A DNA stretch of 32,000 nucleotides, from NCBI GenBank assembly GCA_942493095.1, contig OW818675.1, positions 1,710,001 through 1,742,000 on the forward strand, given 5' to 3'. The notes under the pieces are model-generated. The model was not told the origin of the DNA. It was given only the letters and a program-made list of their open reading frames with translations, and made no database searches. This stretch comes from Candidatus Electronema halotolerans. Its GTDB lineage: Bacteria; Desulfobacterota; Desulfobulbia; Desulfobulbales; Desulfobulbaceae. Below, in pieces: positions 1 through 8,794 of the stretch. The position numbers and the translations under genes are program-made. The first letter of the stretch is position 1. Every line of letters starts with the position of its first letter.

Positions 1-260
1 TACACCGGGCGGCAGGTCTGCGCTCCTTTCAGCCCAAGACCAATCTGCACACCTACAAAACATACGCCCATCTTCTCGGCATGGTGATCGTGCGGAGCTG
101 GAACCGGGCGGCGCGGGTGCAGCAGGCCATGATCCTGCGCGGCTTTGACGGAACTTTCCGCAGTTTGGACACCGCCATCCTGCACCGGAGCGATGTCATT
201 CTGACTGCTGGCCTGTCCTTTGCCGCCCTTGCCCTGACCGTGCTCGAACTGGCGCGGTAA
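1..260 (+). CDS. cbiQ: C-terminal end of an energy-coupling factor / cobalt transporter transmembrane protein (CbiQ-like), truncated by window start
   Basis: Frame 3 reads ...HTYAHLLGMVIVRSWNRAARVQQAMILRGFDGTFRSL..., with the R-A-x-R...ILRGF motif typical of CbiQ, and stops at 258-260 just before an ABC ATPase. Confidence 0.7.
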   Translation, partial: HRAAGLRSFQPKTNLHTYKTYAHLLGMVIVRSWNRAARVQQAMILRGFDGTFRSLDTAILHRSDVILTAGLSFAALALTVLELAR

Positions 261-292
261 GCTGATTTTCTTTCTTTCCTTTTACAACAAAG

Positions 293-1036
293 ATGACCGT
301 TGATTCAACTCCTCCTCTTGTCCAGCTTCAGCAGATTTCCTTTGCCTATCCGGGCCGCCGTCAGATTCTCGAGCAGGCGGATGTGACTTTGGATTACCGG
401 CAGCGCATTGGCCTGATCGGTCCCAACGGCAGCGGCAAGACCACCCTTCTGCATCTGCTCATGGGTCTGATCAATCCCACCGGCGGCAAGGTGCTCTTCA
501 AAGGCCGGGAGGTCAGCAGCAAGGAGGACTGGCGTGAGCTGCGCCGCAGCATCGGGCTGGTCTTTCAGGATGCGGATGACCAGCTTTTTTCTCCCACTGT
601 GCTCGAAGATGTCGCCTTTGGCCCGCTCAACCTTGGTCTGAGCCAAGAAGAAGCTCTGGATAAATCCCGCCAGACATTAGACAACTTGGGTCTGACCAGG
701 CTGACGGACCGAATCACGCATCAGCTTTCCGGCGGCGAGAAAAAGTTGGTCTCCTTGGCCACTGTGCTGTCCATGCAGCCGGAAGCCATGCTCTTAGATG
801 AGCCGACCAACAACTTGGACGGCACCATCCGCGCCCGCCTGATCAGCATTCTTAAAGGCTTGAAGATCGGCTACATGATTATTTCCCATGACTGGGATTT
901 CTTGGCTGAGACCTGCGATGAACTCTACACCTTGCGCGACGGCAAGGCACTGCGCAGCGGCACGGAATGTCTGCACTGCCATCCGCATGCGCACAGCGGC
1001 GGCGGCCTGCCGCATGAGCATCCGCAGCAGCAATGA
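293..1036 (+). CDS. cbiO: Cobalt/nickel-type ECF transporter ATP-binding protein
   Basis: Walker A GPNGSGKT, signature LSGGEKKLV, Walker B MLLDEPTNNLD; follows a CbiQ-like tail; His-rich C terminus. Confidence 0.92.
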   Translation: MTVDSTPPLVQLQQISFAYPGRRQILEQADVTLDYRQRIGLIGPNGSGKTTLLHLLMGLINPTGGKVLFKGREVSSKEDWRELRRSIGLVFQDADDQLFSPTVLEDVAFGPLNLGLSQEEALDKSRQTLDNLGLTRLTDRITHQLSGGEKKLVSLATVLSMQPEAMLLDEPTNNLDGTIRARLISILKGLKIGYMIISHDWDFLAETCDELYTLRDGKALRSGTECLHCHPHAHSGGGLPHEHPQQQ

Positions 1037-1248
1037 GCACTACGGAAGAAGGTTCCAGCCGGAAACGCCGCCGGAGAAGCGGCGGCAACCGCGTCTGTCA
1101 CTGCTGCAAGATGGAAGCGCCGTTTTGCCGGACCTGCCTCTGCGGCTTTGCCATCTGTCCGGCCTGCTTTGCGGAAAACACGTGGGGCATGAGCAACGGC
1201 CCAACGTGGATCTGCCCTGACTGCGAGCGGGTCCATCTGCTGGAGTAA
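1033..1248 (+). CDS. Small Cys-rich putative zinc-binding protein
   Basis: ATGA overlap with the upstream ATPase; 71 aa with CHCC, CRTCLC, CPAC and CPDC motifs. Confidence 0.65.
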   Translation: MSTTEEGSSRKRRRRSGGNRVCHCCKMEAPFCRTCLCGFAICPACFAENTWGMSNGPTWICPDCERVHLLE

Positions 1249-1362
1249 TTTTTCCTGCCAATAACCCGCTTTCTACGCCCGCCACATCTTTCCTTGGGAA
1301 CGCCCGTTCCTGTTCTTGACAAGCAGCTCCTGTCTGGCTGATCAGCCACATAATGGAACTGT

Positions 1363-1707
1363 CTATTCAGCGGGCATCTTATCTTGAATCAGCGCAAGCT
1401 GGCTGTCCAAGCCGACCACCTGCTCCACGGGCAGGACAAAGGACATGCCAGTGCCGGGTTTGGCAAACTCGCCCGCCTGAGCAATGGCATCAAGAATGTC
1501 TTGGACAAAATGCTCCTCAATCAGCATCATGATGATGTCGCTGGGCGGCTCCAAGGTCAGGCTGAAAAAGGTTTTGGCCTCATGACAGCCTGTGCCCCTG
1601 CCGGACAGAATGGTGGCTCCAGTGGCTCCGGCAGCCTTGGCCGCCTCAACCACCTTGTCGGTGAGCGCAGGCTTGACCGTGGTGATGATGATCTTAAAGC
1701 GCATCAC
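1363..1707 (-). CDS. P-II family nitrogen-regulator-like protein
   Basis: Protein [38 protein letters not shown]... has the P-II fold pattern, with an atypical T-loop region. Confidence 0.82.
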   Translation of the reverse strand: MMRFKIIITTVKPALTDKVVEAAKAAGATGATILSGRGTGCHEAKTFFSLTLEPPSDIIMMLIEEHFVQDILDAIAQAGEFAKPGTGMSFVLPVEQVVGLDSQLALIQDKMPAE

Positions 1708-2542
1708 TTTGTTTCTCCTTGTTGCGTTCTTTTCTCTTCTTCCATGCTGCCAGCCATTCGCTGATCATGGCATAGCCCAGCACGGTGATGATCGGGCAGA
1801 GGCAGGCAAAGGCGATCATGCCAAAGCCGTCCAAAGCCGGATTGCGGCCCGGCACTGCTCCGGCCAGGCCAAGGCCAAGGGCGGCGACCAAAGGCACGGT
1901 CACGGTTGAGGTGGAGACCCCGCCGGAGTCGTAGGCCAATGGGATGATATTTTTCGGGGCAAAGATGGTCAGCAGGGTGACGAGCAGATACCCGGCAAGT
2001 ATGTAGAGATGAAGCGGGGTGCCTGTGACAATGCGGAAGGCTCCGAGAGCAATGCCGCAGGCCACGCCTGTAGCCACTGTGATGCGCAGGCCGAGCTGGC
2101 TGATGGCTCCGCCGGAAACCTCATGAGCCTTGTGCGCCACTGCGATCAGCGACGGCTCGGCAATGGCTGTGGAAAAGCCGGTCAGGGCGGCGAACAGGTA
2201 AATCCAGCCGTAGTCTGTCCAATGCGCTGCTGCCGGGGCTGCTGCTGCCGAGCCATAGAGAAAGGCTGGATCAGCGAGCTGGACTGCCATAGTGGTGCCG
2301 AGCGGGAACAGGGCCTTTTCCAATCCGAGGAGAAACAGGGCCAAGCCGAGAATCACATAGACACAGCCGAGCAGCACCCGTTTGAGATGGGGCACTGGCT
2401 GGCGGAGGACAAAGAGCTGAAAGCAGGCGACTAAGAGGAGGATCGGGGCGACATCGCGCAGGGTTGCCAGCAGGATGGGCACAAAGGCGGCAGTAAGGTT
2501 CATCGCTTCAGCCAAAGAAAATGAGTCCGTAGCCCATGACAA
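1694..2542 (-). CDS. DUF1538-family integral membrane protein (second of a pair; an internal start at 2500 is also plausible)
   Basis: Multiple TM segments; clear paralogy with the adjacent ORF ([13 protein letters not shown]... / [13 protein letters not shown]...). Confidence 0.83.
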   Translation of the reverse strand: MSWATDSFSLAEAMNLTAAFVPILLATLRDVAPILLLVACFQLFVLRQPVPHLKRVLLGCVYVILGLALFLLGLEKALFPLGTTMAVQLADPAFLYGSAAAAPAAAHWTDYGWIYLFAALTGFSTAIAEPSLIAVAHKAHEVSGGAISQLGLRITVATGVACGIALGAFRIVTGTPLHLYILAGYLLVTLLTIFAPKNIIPLAYDSGGVSTSTVTVPLVAALGLGLAGAVPGRNPALDGFGMIAFACLCPIITVLGYAMISEWLAAWKKRKERNKEKQSDAL

Positions 2543-3239
2543 AGATCATCGGCAGGAGCGAGGCAAAGGCGATGAGGCCGAAGCCGTCCACCATTGGATT
2601 GCGGCCCCGGATGATCGAGGCCAAGCCCACGCCAAGGGCGGCGACCAAGGGCACGGTGATGGTCGAAGTGGTCACGCCGCCGGAATCATAGGCAATGCCG
2701 ATGATCTCCTTGGGCGCGATCAGGGTCATGAGCATGACCAGAGCATAGCCGCCAATGATCAGGTAATGCACAGGCCAGCCCCGCAGGATGCGCAGCACCC
2801 CGATCAGAATGGCGGTGCCGACTGAGCAGGCCACAGACAGGCGCAGGCCCAAGGCGTACCGCTGCATGGCCTGTTCGCCTGCGGCCAGCAGCCCGGCCTG
2901 ACTGGCGGTTTCCGCCGCCTTGTCAGCAACCGCAATCAGGGCTGGTTCCGCCACGGTGGTGGAAAAACCCAAGGCAAAGGCGAAGAGCAGGAGCCAGAAC
3001 AGGCTGCCCTTGCGGGCCAAGGCTTCGGCCATGGTCTCGCCAATGGGAAAGAGGCCCATTTCCAAGCCTTGGACAAACAGGGCCAAGCCGATGACCACCA
3101 GCACTGCCCCGGTGAGCACTTCGGCCAGATCAGGAAGCGGCTGCTGGATGACGACAAGCTGAAAAAAGCTGATCACGGCAATGATCGGCAGCAGGTCGGC
3201 CAAGGCGGCCCAGAGCTTGTTACGAATGAGGCGGAGCAT
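2508..3239 (-). CDS. DUF1538-family integral membrane protein (first of a pair)
   Basis: TM-rich, with motifs [37 protein letters not shown] and [14 protein letters not shown]. Confidence 0.85.
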   Translation of the reverse strand: MLRLIRNKLWAALADLLPIIAVISFFQLVVIQQPLPDLAEVLTGAVLVVIGLALFVQGLEMGLFPIGETMAEALARKGSLFWLLLFAFALGFSTTVAEPALIAVADKAAETASQAGLLAAGEQAMQRYALGLRLSVACSVGTAILIGVLRILRGWPVHYLIIGGYALVMLMTLIAPKEIIGIAYDSGGVTTSTITVPLVAALGVGLASIIRGRNPMVDGFGLIAFASLLPMIFVMGYGLIFFG

Positions 3240-4281
3240 GGTCTGCTGTCTGCTGGGCAGTCACAAAGCCCTTTTGACGAAGAAAGGTTTCCAACTTCTT
3301 GGCATATTCTTTAGTGGCCAGCGGACTGGGATGACCGTCATAAGGCAGATTCATATAGCGCGGATTTTTTCGGAAGCTGACCGAAATATCCACATTGGGT
3401 ATTCCGTGCTTGTCGGCAAAAGCCAGCATCTGCGGGTCAGTGCCAATGGTGGCAAGAATGAACTTCACCCCGTGCTGCTGGGCTAATCTGTTGATTTCCA
3501 GCACCAATGCCTCTGAGACCTTGCGGCTCTGGCGCAGCTTCTGCTCCAGCTCGTTCCACTTGATTTCCAAGAAGTGGGACAGGGCGGAATAGCGCATCAA
3601 GGGAAATTCCCTGTATTCAACCTTGGCAAGATGATACTGCAAATTTCCGTCGCTGTCCAGTCGGGCGTAAGGCTGAACCAGCGGGCCGAGCTTGTTCCAC
3701 GGGGCAATGGACTTGCGCCGCTTGCGGAGAAAGGTGTTCCGCTCATCATGGATGTCCGCATAGGCGAGCACGGCAATCTTGGGAGTCTTCTTTTTCAAGG
3801 CCTCGCGGAACTGAATCAGCGAATGAATGGTGCCGTAGCCGCTGAAGCCGAAGTTGACCACTTCGTAGTCTGGCAGGTGTTCCTGAAGCCGCCACGGATA
3901 GGTGTCCTCATCATTGAGGCTCCAGCCATGCGTGAACGAGCAGCCCAATATCCAGATTTCCGGCTTGTGCGCAGCAGGATTGTAGGTGTTGAGCGGATGG
4001 GTGATGCGCAGGCCATTGGGCAGATGGGTGACGTGGAAGCTGTAGTGTGTCTGGAGCAGGGTGACAGTGAACTGTCCGGGAATGGCGGCATAGCCAAGCA
4101 GCGGATCCTTGCGGAAGAATTTGCCGCCCGGCTCCACCCGCACCGGCGCATCCCGGACATGCCAGGGCTGCACGCCTTTCATGCGGGCAATGATCTCCCC
4201 GCCGCCCAGGAGGACAATGGTCAGGAAGAGCAGATAGGCTGCATAAAGAATGATTTTGTGCTTGAGAAGAAACGCTTTCAT
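3220..4281 (-). CDS. Membrane-anchored SGNH/AlgX-like hydrolase or O-acyltransferase-associated protein
   Basis: N-terminal TM ([31 protein letters not shown]), [19 protein letters not shown] nucleophile-like block, and [14 protein letters not shown] terminal D-x-H-like motif. The start was moved to ATG 4281 from the extended ORF. Confidence 0.75.
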   Translation of the reverse strand: MKAFLLKHKIILYAAYLLFLTIVLLGGGEIIARMKGVQPWHVRDAPVRVEPGGKFFRKDPLLGYAAIPGQFTVTLLQTHYSFHVTHLPNGLRITHPLNTYNPAAHKPEIWILGCSFTHGWSLNDEDTYPWRLQEHLPDYEVVNFGFSGYGTIHSLIQFREALKKKTPKIAVLAYADIHDERNTFLRKRRKSIAPWNKLGPLVQPYARLDSDGNLQYHLAKVEYREFPLMRYSALSHFLEIKWNELEQKLRQSRKVSEALVLEINRLAQQHGVKFILATIGTDPQMLAFADKHGIPNVDISVSFRKNPRYMNLPYDGHPSPLATKEYAKKLETFLRQKGFVTAQQTADHAPPHS

Positions 4282-4327
4282 TGTTCTGCTCCTTGCTGGA
4301 CGCGGTTGTTGTGACCAGGCATTGATT

Positions 4328-6862
4328 TCATCGGCTGCCCGCCTCTCTTGCGCTCTTTTTGAGAATCCGCAGCCCGGCGGCGGCATCATTTTCCAAAGCC
4401 AGCACCTTGGCCAGCACCTCCCTCGGCCCGATGCCAGCCTCGGCATGAGGATGCAGCAACTCAAGCCGCAGCCTGCCCGCCTCCTCCAGCTTGAGCTTGC
4501 GGATAAACTTCTTCAGCTCAAAGGTCTGGGTTTTACCCTTGCGGCTGCGCTCCAGCAGCATGCTGGCCGCAACGTGGAAGGCGGCGATGCTGTCCGTCGC
4601 CTGATCTAAGTTCATACCCTCCGGCAGCAGGCAGTCATAACTGACAATCTCTGTCATCGGCACTTTCTTCTTGGCCGGAGCCAGCGATGTGACAGCCATG
4701 AAGCCGGGCAACTGGCGGTTCAGCTCGTCCATGACCTCGACCGGGCGGCGGATGGGTTCAGCCAAGTCCATCTCAAAGAACTCAATCTCGCTCTCCACGC
4801 CCACTGGCAAGGCCGGGCTGAACGAGACCTTGGGCGTGGGATGGAAGCCCTGCGAGAAAAGCACAGGCAGCCCGGCCCGTTGGAGAACGCGGAAGACAAG
4901 TTGCAGAATCTCCAGATGGCCAAGAAAGCGGCCATCACCAAGACGGTAATATTCGGCCCGATATCGGAACACCGCAGGCTGGCTCTGAGCTGGCCGCTCG
5001 ACCGTGCGCAGAGGACTGGCGGCAGTTTCATCCTGCTTGCTGTCAGGATTGAGCAGCGGCTTGATGGTCTTGAAATCGCAGAGGCCGCAGTTCTGGCAGC
5101 CATGCTTGCGGCAGTCCGGCGTGTAGGCGCGCTCCAGCGAGCGAGCGTATTCCTGCTCCAGAAAGCTGCGCTCCACGCCGCTGCGCAGGTGATCCCAGGG
5201 CAGGACTTCGCTCATCTCGCGTGGACGCAGGTAGGCTTGCAAATCAATGCCCAACCGCTCGGCGGCCTGCTGCCAGCGGGCGAGCGAAAAATGCTCATTC
5301 CAGCCGTCCAAGCGCGCTCCGTCCTGCCATGCCGCCTCAATCAGATAAGACAGTCTGCGGTCGCCCCGCGAGAACACGCCTTCCATGAACGATTGCTCCG
5401 GCTCGTGCCACTTGAGCTTGAAGCCCTTGCCCGGCAGCCGCTGCTTGAGCCGCTGAATGCGCTGCCGCGATTCCTCCAAGGAAATCTGGCCGCACCACTG
5501 GAAGGGCGTGTGCGGCTTGGGGACAAAGGTCGAAACCGAGACGTTGATGTCCGCCCGTCCTCCTTTGGCTTCCCGCCGCGCCCGCATGGCCAGCTCAACG
5601 ATTGCATCGACATCCTCCATTGTCTCAGTGGGCAGGCCGAGCATGAAGTAGAACTTGATCAGCTTCCAGCCCGCGCTGAAGGCATCGCGACAGCTTGCAA
5701 GCAAATCGTCTTCAGTGATGCCCTTGTTGATCACCTCGCGCAGGCGGTCAGTGCCTGCCTCCGGGGCGACCGTGAAGCCGGTCTTGCGCACCCGCCGAAT
5801 CTGGGCGATGACCTCTGGCGTAAGTGTGCCGACCCGCATTGAAGGCAGCGAGACTGCCACCCGTTCATCAGCAAAGCGGTCCATCAGCTTGGTCAGCAAA
5901 TCGGGCAGGCCGGAGAAGTCGCCGCTCGACAGCGAGAGCAGGGCCAGCTCGCCAAAGCCGGAACTGCTGATGCCCTGCTCGGCCAGGCGCATGATGTCGG
6001 CAATCGTGCGCTCACGCACCGGGCGGTAGATCATGCCAGCTTGGCAGAAGCGGCAGCCGCGTGTGCAGCCACGGGCAATCTCAATGCCAAGACGGTCATG
6101 CACTGGCTTGACTAATGGCACTAACGGACGTTCGAGCAGCTCCACTGGCGGCAGCTCCGGGACAATCCGGCGACGGACAAAGTCATAACCGGGCTTGAGC
6201 GGCAAGATGGCGGTCAGCCGCCCGTCCTCGTATTGAGGCTGAAACAAGGCAGGCACATAGACACCCGCAATCTCGGCCAGCCGATGCAGCTTTTCGCTGC
6301 GGGAGAGCTTGTCCGCCTTGGCCGAACGCAGGGCAGCGGCGATGTCGAGAATCACCTCCTCGCCGTCACCAAGGACAATGGCATCAAAGAAGTCTGCCAG
6401 CGGCTCTGGGTTGAGGGAGCAGGAACCGCCGCCAATTACTAAGGGCGCATCTTCGCCGCGCTTTGCCGCCCGCAGAGGAATCCCGGCCAGATCAAGAATG
6501 GTGAGGATATTGGTGAAGCACAGCTCATAAGGCAGAGTGATGCCGATGACATCAAAAGCTGCCAGAGGCCGCCTCGATTCGAGCGAGAAGAGTGGCAGCT
6601 GGTGACGCCGGAGCTGCGCTTCCATGTCCGTGTCCGGGGCATAGCAGCGTTCCGCAGCCAAGCCCGGCTGCTGGTTGATAATATGGTAGAGAATCTGCAA
6701 GCCTTGGTGCGACATGCCGATTTCATACAAGTCCGGGAAGACAAGGGCAAAGGCAAGATCAACTGCGGCATAATCAGGCCGGACGCTGTGCAGCTCACCG
6801 CCGATGTAGCGGCCCGGCTTGCGCACCAAGGGCAGGATGGAGTCTAAAGAGAGCGTGTTCAA
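4328..6862 (-). CDS. Fused B12-binding-like radical SAM protein with C-terminal DUF2344 (TIGR03960/TIGR03936-type)
   Basis: Radical SAM motif EIARGCTRGCRFCQAGMIYRPVRER; C-terminal FRYRAEYYRLGDGRFLGHLEILQLVFRVLQRAGLPVLFSQGFHPTPKVSFSPALPVG. Confidence 0.92.
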   Translation of the reverse strand: MNTLSLDSILPLVRKPGRYIGGELHSVRPDYAAVDLAFALVFPDLYEIGMSHQGLQILYHIINQQPGLAAERCYAPDTDMEAQLRRHQLPLFSLESRRPLAAFDVIGITLPYELCFTNILTILDLAGIPLRAAKRGEDAPLVIGGGSCSLNPEPLADFFDAIVLGDGEEVILDIAAALRSAKADKLSRSEKLHRLAEIAGVYVPALFQPQYEDGRLTAILPLKPGYDFVRRRIVPELPPVELLERPLVPLVKPVHDRLGIEIARGCTRGCRFCQAGMIYRPVRERTIADIMRLAEQGISSSGFGELALLSLSSGDFSGLPDLLTKLMDRFADERVAVSLPSMRVGTLTPEVIAQIRRVRKTGFTVAPEAGTDRLREVINKGITEDDLLASCRDAFSAGWKLIKFYFMLGLPTETMEDVDAIVELAMRARREAKGGRADINVSVSTFVPKPHTPFQWCGQISLEESRQRIQRLKQRLPGKGFKLKWHEPEQSFMEGVFSRGDRRLSYLIEAAWQDGARLDGWNEHFSLARWQQAAERLGIDLQAYLRPREMSEVLPWDHLRSGVERSFLEQEYARSLERAYTPDCRKHGCQNCGLCDFKTIKPLLNPDSKQDETAASPLRTVERPAQSQPAVFRYRAEYYRLGDGRFLGHLEILQLVFRVLQRAGLPVLFSQGFHPTPKVSFSPALPVGVESEIEFFEMDLAEPIRRPVEVMDELNRQLPGFMAVTSLAPAKKKVPMTEIVSYDCLLPEGMNLDQATDSIAAFHVAASMLLERSRKGKTQTFELKKFIRKLKLEEAGRLRLELLHPHAEAGIGPREVLAKVLALENDAAAGLRILKKSAREAGSR

Positions 6863-7014
6863 GCTAACGTGTCAAGGCGGCTGAGGAATGGAGAGGCAGG
6901 CTGCGCTGTGCGGCCTGCTTGTTCAGGTTCAGGATGCGGCTGCCACCATAGCGGAAGATAGAGGGAAAAGGCAAGGAAAAGATAGGCAACTTGGAATCTC
7001 GGCAAACTGAAGCA

Positions 7015-8610
7015 TCATTTTTTGATAAACCGCTGCTTCAGCTTGCCGGTGATCTCTGCAAATTCCGGCAGGCGGAGCAGATGGAGCATGAGCGCGTGCA
7101 GCAGGGCGGCGGTGCTGATCAGCAGGGCCACTGCGGCAAGCTGAAAGAGAATTGCTCCGTCAAGCAGCGGGCGGAGGAGCAGCTTCATGGCAATCAATCC
7201 GACTGCCATGATCGCGCTGGCCAGAATGATCTTTGCCGTGCCTCTGCCGAGATAGCTGAGGGAAAACCCGGCCAGCTTCCGGTGCAGGATCAGGCCGAGA
7301 AAGAGGAAATTCAGCACCATTGAGCAGGAAGTGGAAAGGGCGATGGCCCGGAAGGAAAGCAGGTCAATGCTCAGGCTGATGAAGACGATGTTGACTGCCA
7401 CGGCAAGAAAGGAGCCGATCACCGGATATTTGGTGTTGTCGAGGGCATAGAAGACCGGCACCATGATTTTCACCGCTGAATAGGCGAACAGGCCGCAGGC
7501 ATAGCAGACCAAGGCTTGGGCGGTGCGGGCCGTGTCAGCAGGGGTGAAGGCTCCGTGCTCAAAGATCAGGCGGATGATCGGCTCGGCCAGCAGAATCAGG
7601 CCGACTGTTGCCGGGATGGTGAGGCTGAAGACCATGACCAAGGAGGAGGAGAAGGTCTGACGCAGGCCGGGCAAGTCCTTCCGGGCGGCATGACGGGCCA
7701 GCACTGGCATGGCGGCAATGGAGAAGGCCACGCCGAACACGCCGATGGGAAGCTGAACAAGGCGGAAGGCGTAATTGAGCCACGAGACTGAGCCTTCCAT
7801 GCAGGAAGAGGCAAAGTTGGTGTTGACAAAGATGTTGATCTGGGTGGCGGAAAGACCGATGGTGGCGGGCAGCATCAGGCGGAGGATGCGGCGCAGGCCG
7901 GGGTCGCGCAGATCAAGCTGGGGCATAAAACGGAAGCCGGTCTTGCGCAGCGCAGGCAGCTGAATCAGGAGCTGGAGCAGACCGCCGCTCAAGGTGCCCC
8001 ATGCCATGCCGACTATCGCCGGATAGCCAAATTTGGGCAGCAGCCAGGCCAAGCTCACGCCGCCGATGATTGAGCCAAGATTAAAGAAGGACGAGGACAT
8101 GGCCGGAATGAAGAACTTGCCCTTGCTGTTGAGCATGCCCATGACCACGGCTGCCAAGGCCACGAGGATGAGAAAGGGAAACATGATCCGGGTCATCATG
8201 GACGTGAGCGCAATTTTGCCTGTCACCTCGGCGAAATCCGGGGCCAAGAGGCGGACGATTGGCTCGGCCAGCAGGATGCCGACCAAGGTGAGCACACTGA
8301 GGAGAATGCTGATGAAGACTAAGACATTGGAGGCAAGCTGCCAGGTCGCCTCGCTGCCTTTGTTGGTGTCATAATCAGAAAAGACCGTGACAAAGGCGGC
8401 AGAAAGCGCGCCCTCGCCGAACAAGTCCCGGAGCAGGTTGGGAATGCGGAAGGCGACGACAAAGGCATCATAGGCGTATCCGGCTCCGAACAGCCCGGCA
8501 AATATCTGCTCCCGCACCAGCCCCAGCACCCGGCTGCACATCACCGCCGCGCTCACCGCCCCGGCAGAACGGGCAATCTTCCCTGTTGAACTGCTTGCTT
8601 TCTCTGACAT
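7015..8610 (-). CDS. murJ: Murein biosynthesis integral membrane protein / lipid II flippase MurJ (MviN)
   Basis: SRVLGLVREQIFAGLFGAGYAYDAFVVAFRIPNLLRDLFGEGALSAAFVTVF signature; polytopic, 531 aa. Confidence 0.95.
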   Translation of the reverse strand: MSEKASSSTGKIARSAGAVSAAVMCSRVLGLVREQIFAGLFGAGYAYDAFVVAFRIPNLLRDLFGEGALSAAFVTVFSDYDTNKGSEATWQLASNVLVFISILLSVLTLVGILLAEPIVRLLAPDFAEVTGKIALTSMMTRIMFPFLILVALAAVVMGMLNSKGKFFIPAMSSSFFNLGSIIGGVSLAWLLPKFGYPAIVGMAWGTLSGGLLQLLIQLPALRKTGFRFMPQLDLRDPGLRRILRLMLPATIGLSATQINIFVNTNFASSCMEGSVSWLNYAFRLVQLPIGVFGVAFSIAAMPVLARHAARKDLPGLRQTFSSSLVMVFSLTIPATVGLILLAEPIIRLIFEHGAFTPADTARTAQALVCYACGLFAYSAVKIMVPVFYALDNTKYPVIGSFLAVAVNIVFISLSIDLLSFRAIALSTSCSMVLNFLFLGLILHRKLAGFSLSYLGRGTAKIILASAIMAVGLIAMKLLLRPLLDGAILFQLAAVALLISTAALLHALMLHLLRLPEFAEITGKLKQRFIKK

Positions 8611-8794
8611 GATTTTGCGCCCTGCGCCAGGAACAATGGAATAGACGTGCTGCTTGCAATGGACAGATGCTTGTTACCATTCTCCAAGCAAAAGGGGAAG
8701 TTCTTTCCGCGCCCCCGGCTTTGCCCGCAAGTGTCCACGGATAAAACCAGTGGCTTTAGTTTGCGGGCCGCTCAATGCGGCATGTTGAAAAGAT

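Noticed and set aside
3574-4314. 246-aa plus-strand ORF opposite the SGNH-like gene
   Set aside because: Shadow ORF; the minus strand has a TM start and SGNH-like motifs.
4841-5842. 333-aa plus-strand ORF opposite the radical SAM gene
   Set aside because: It lies entirely antisense to a strongly supported radical SAM/DUF2344 gene and has low-complexity Arg/Leu/Ala composition typical of shadow ORFs in high-GC DNA.
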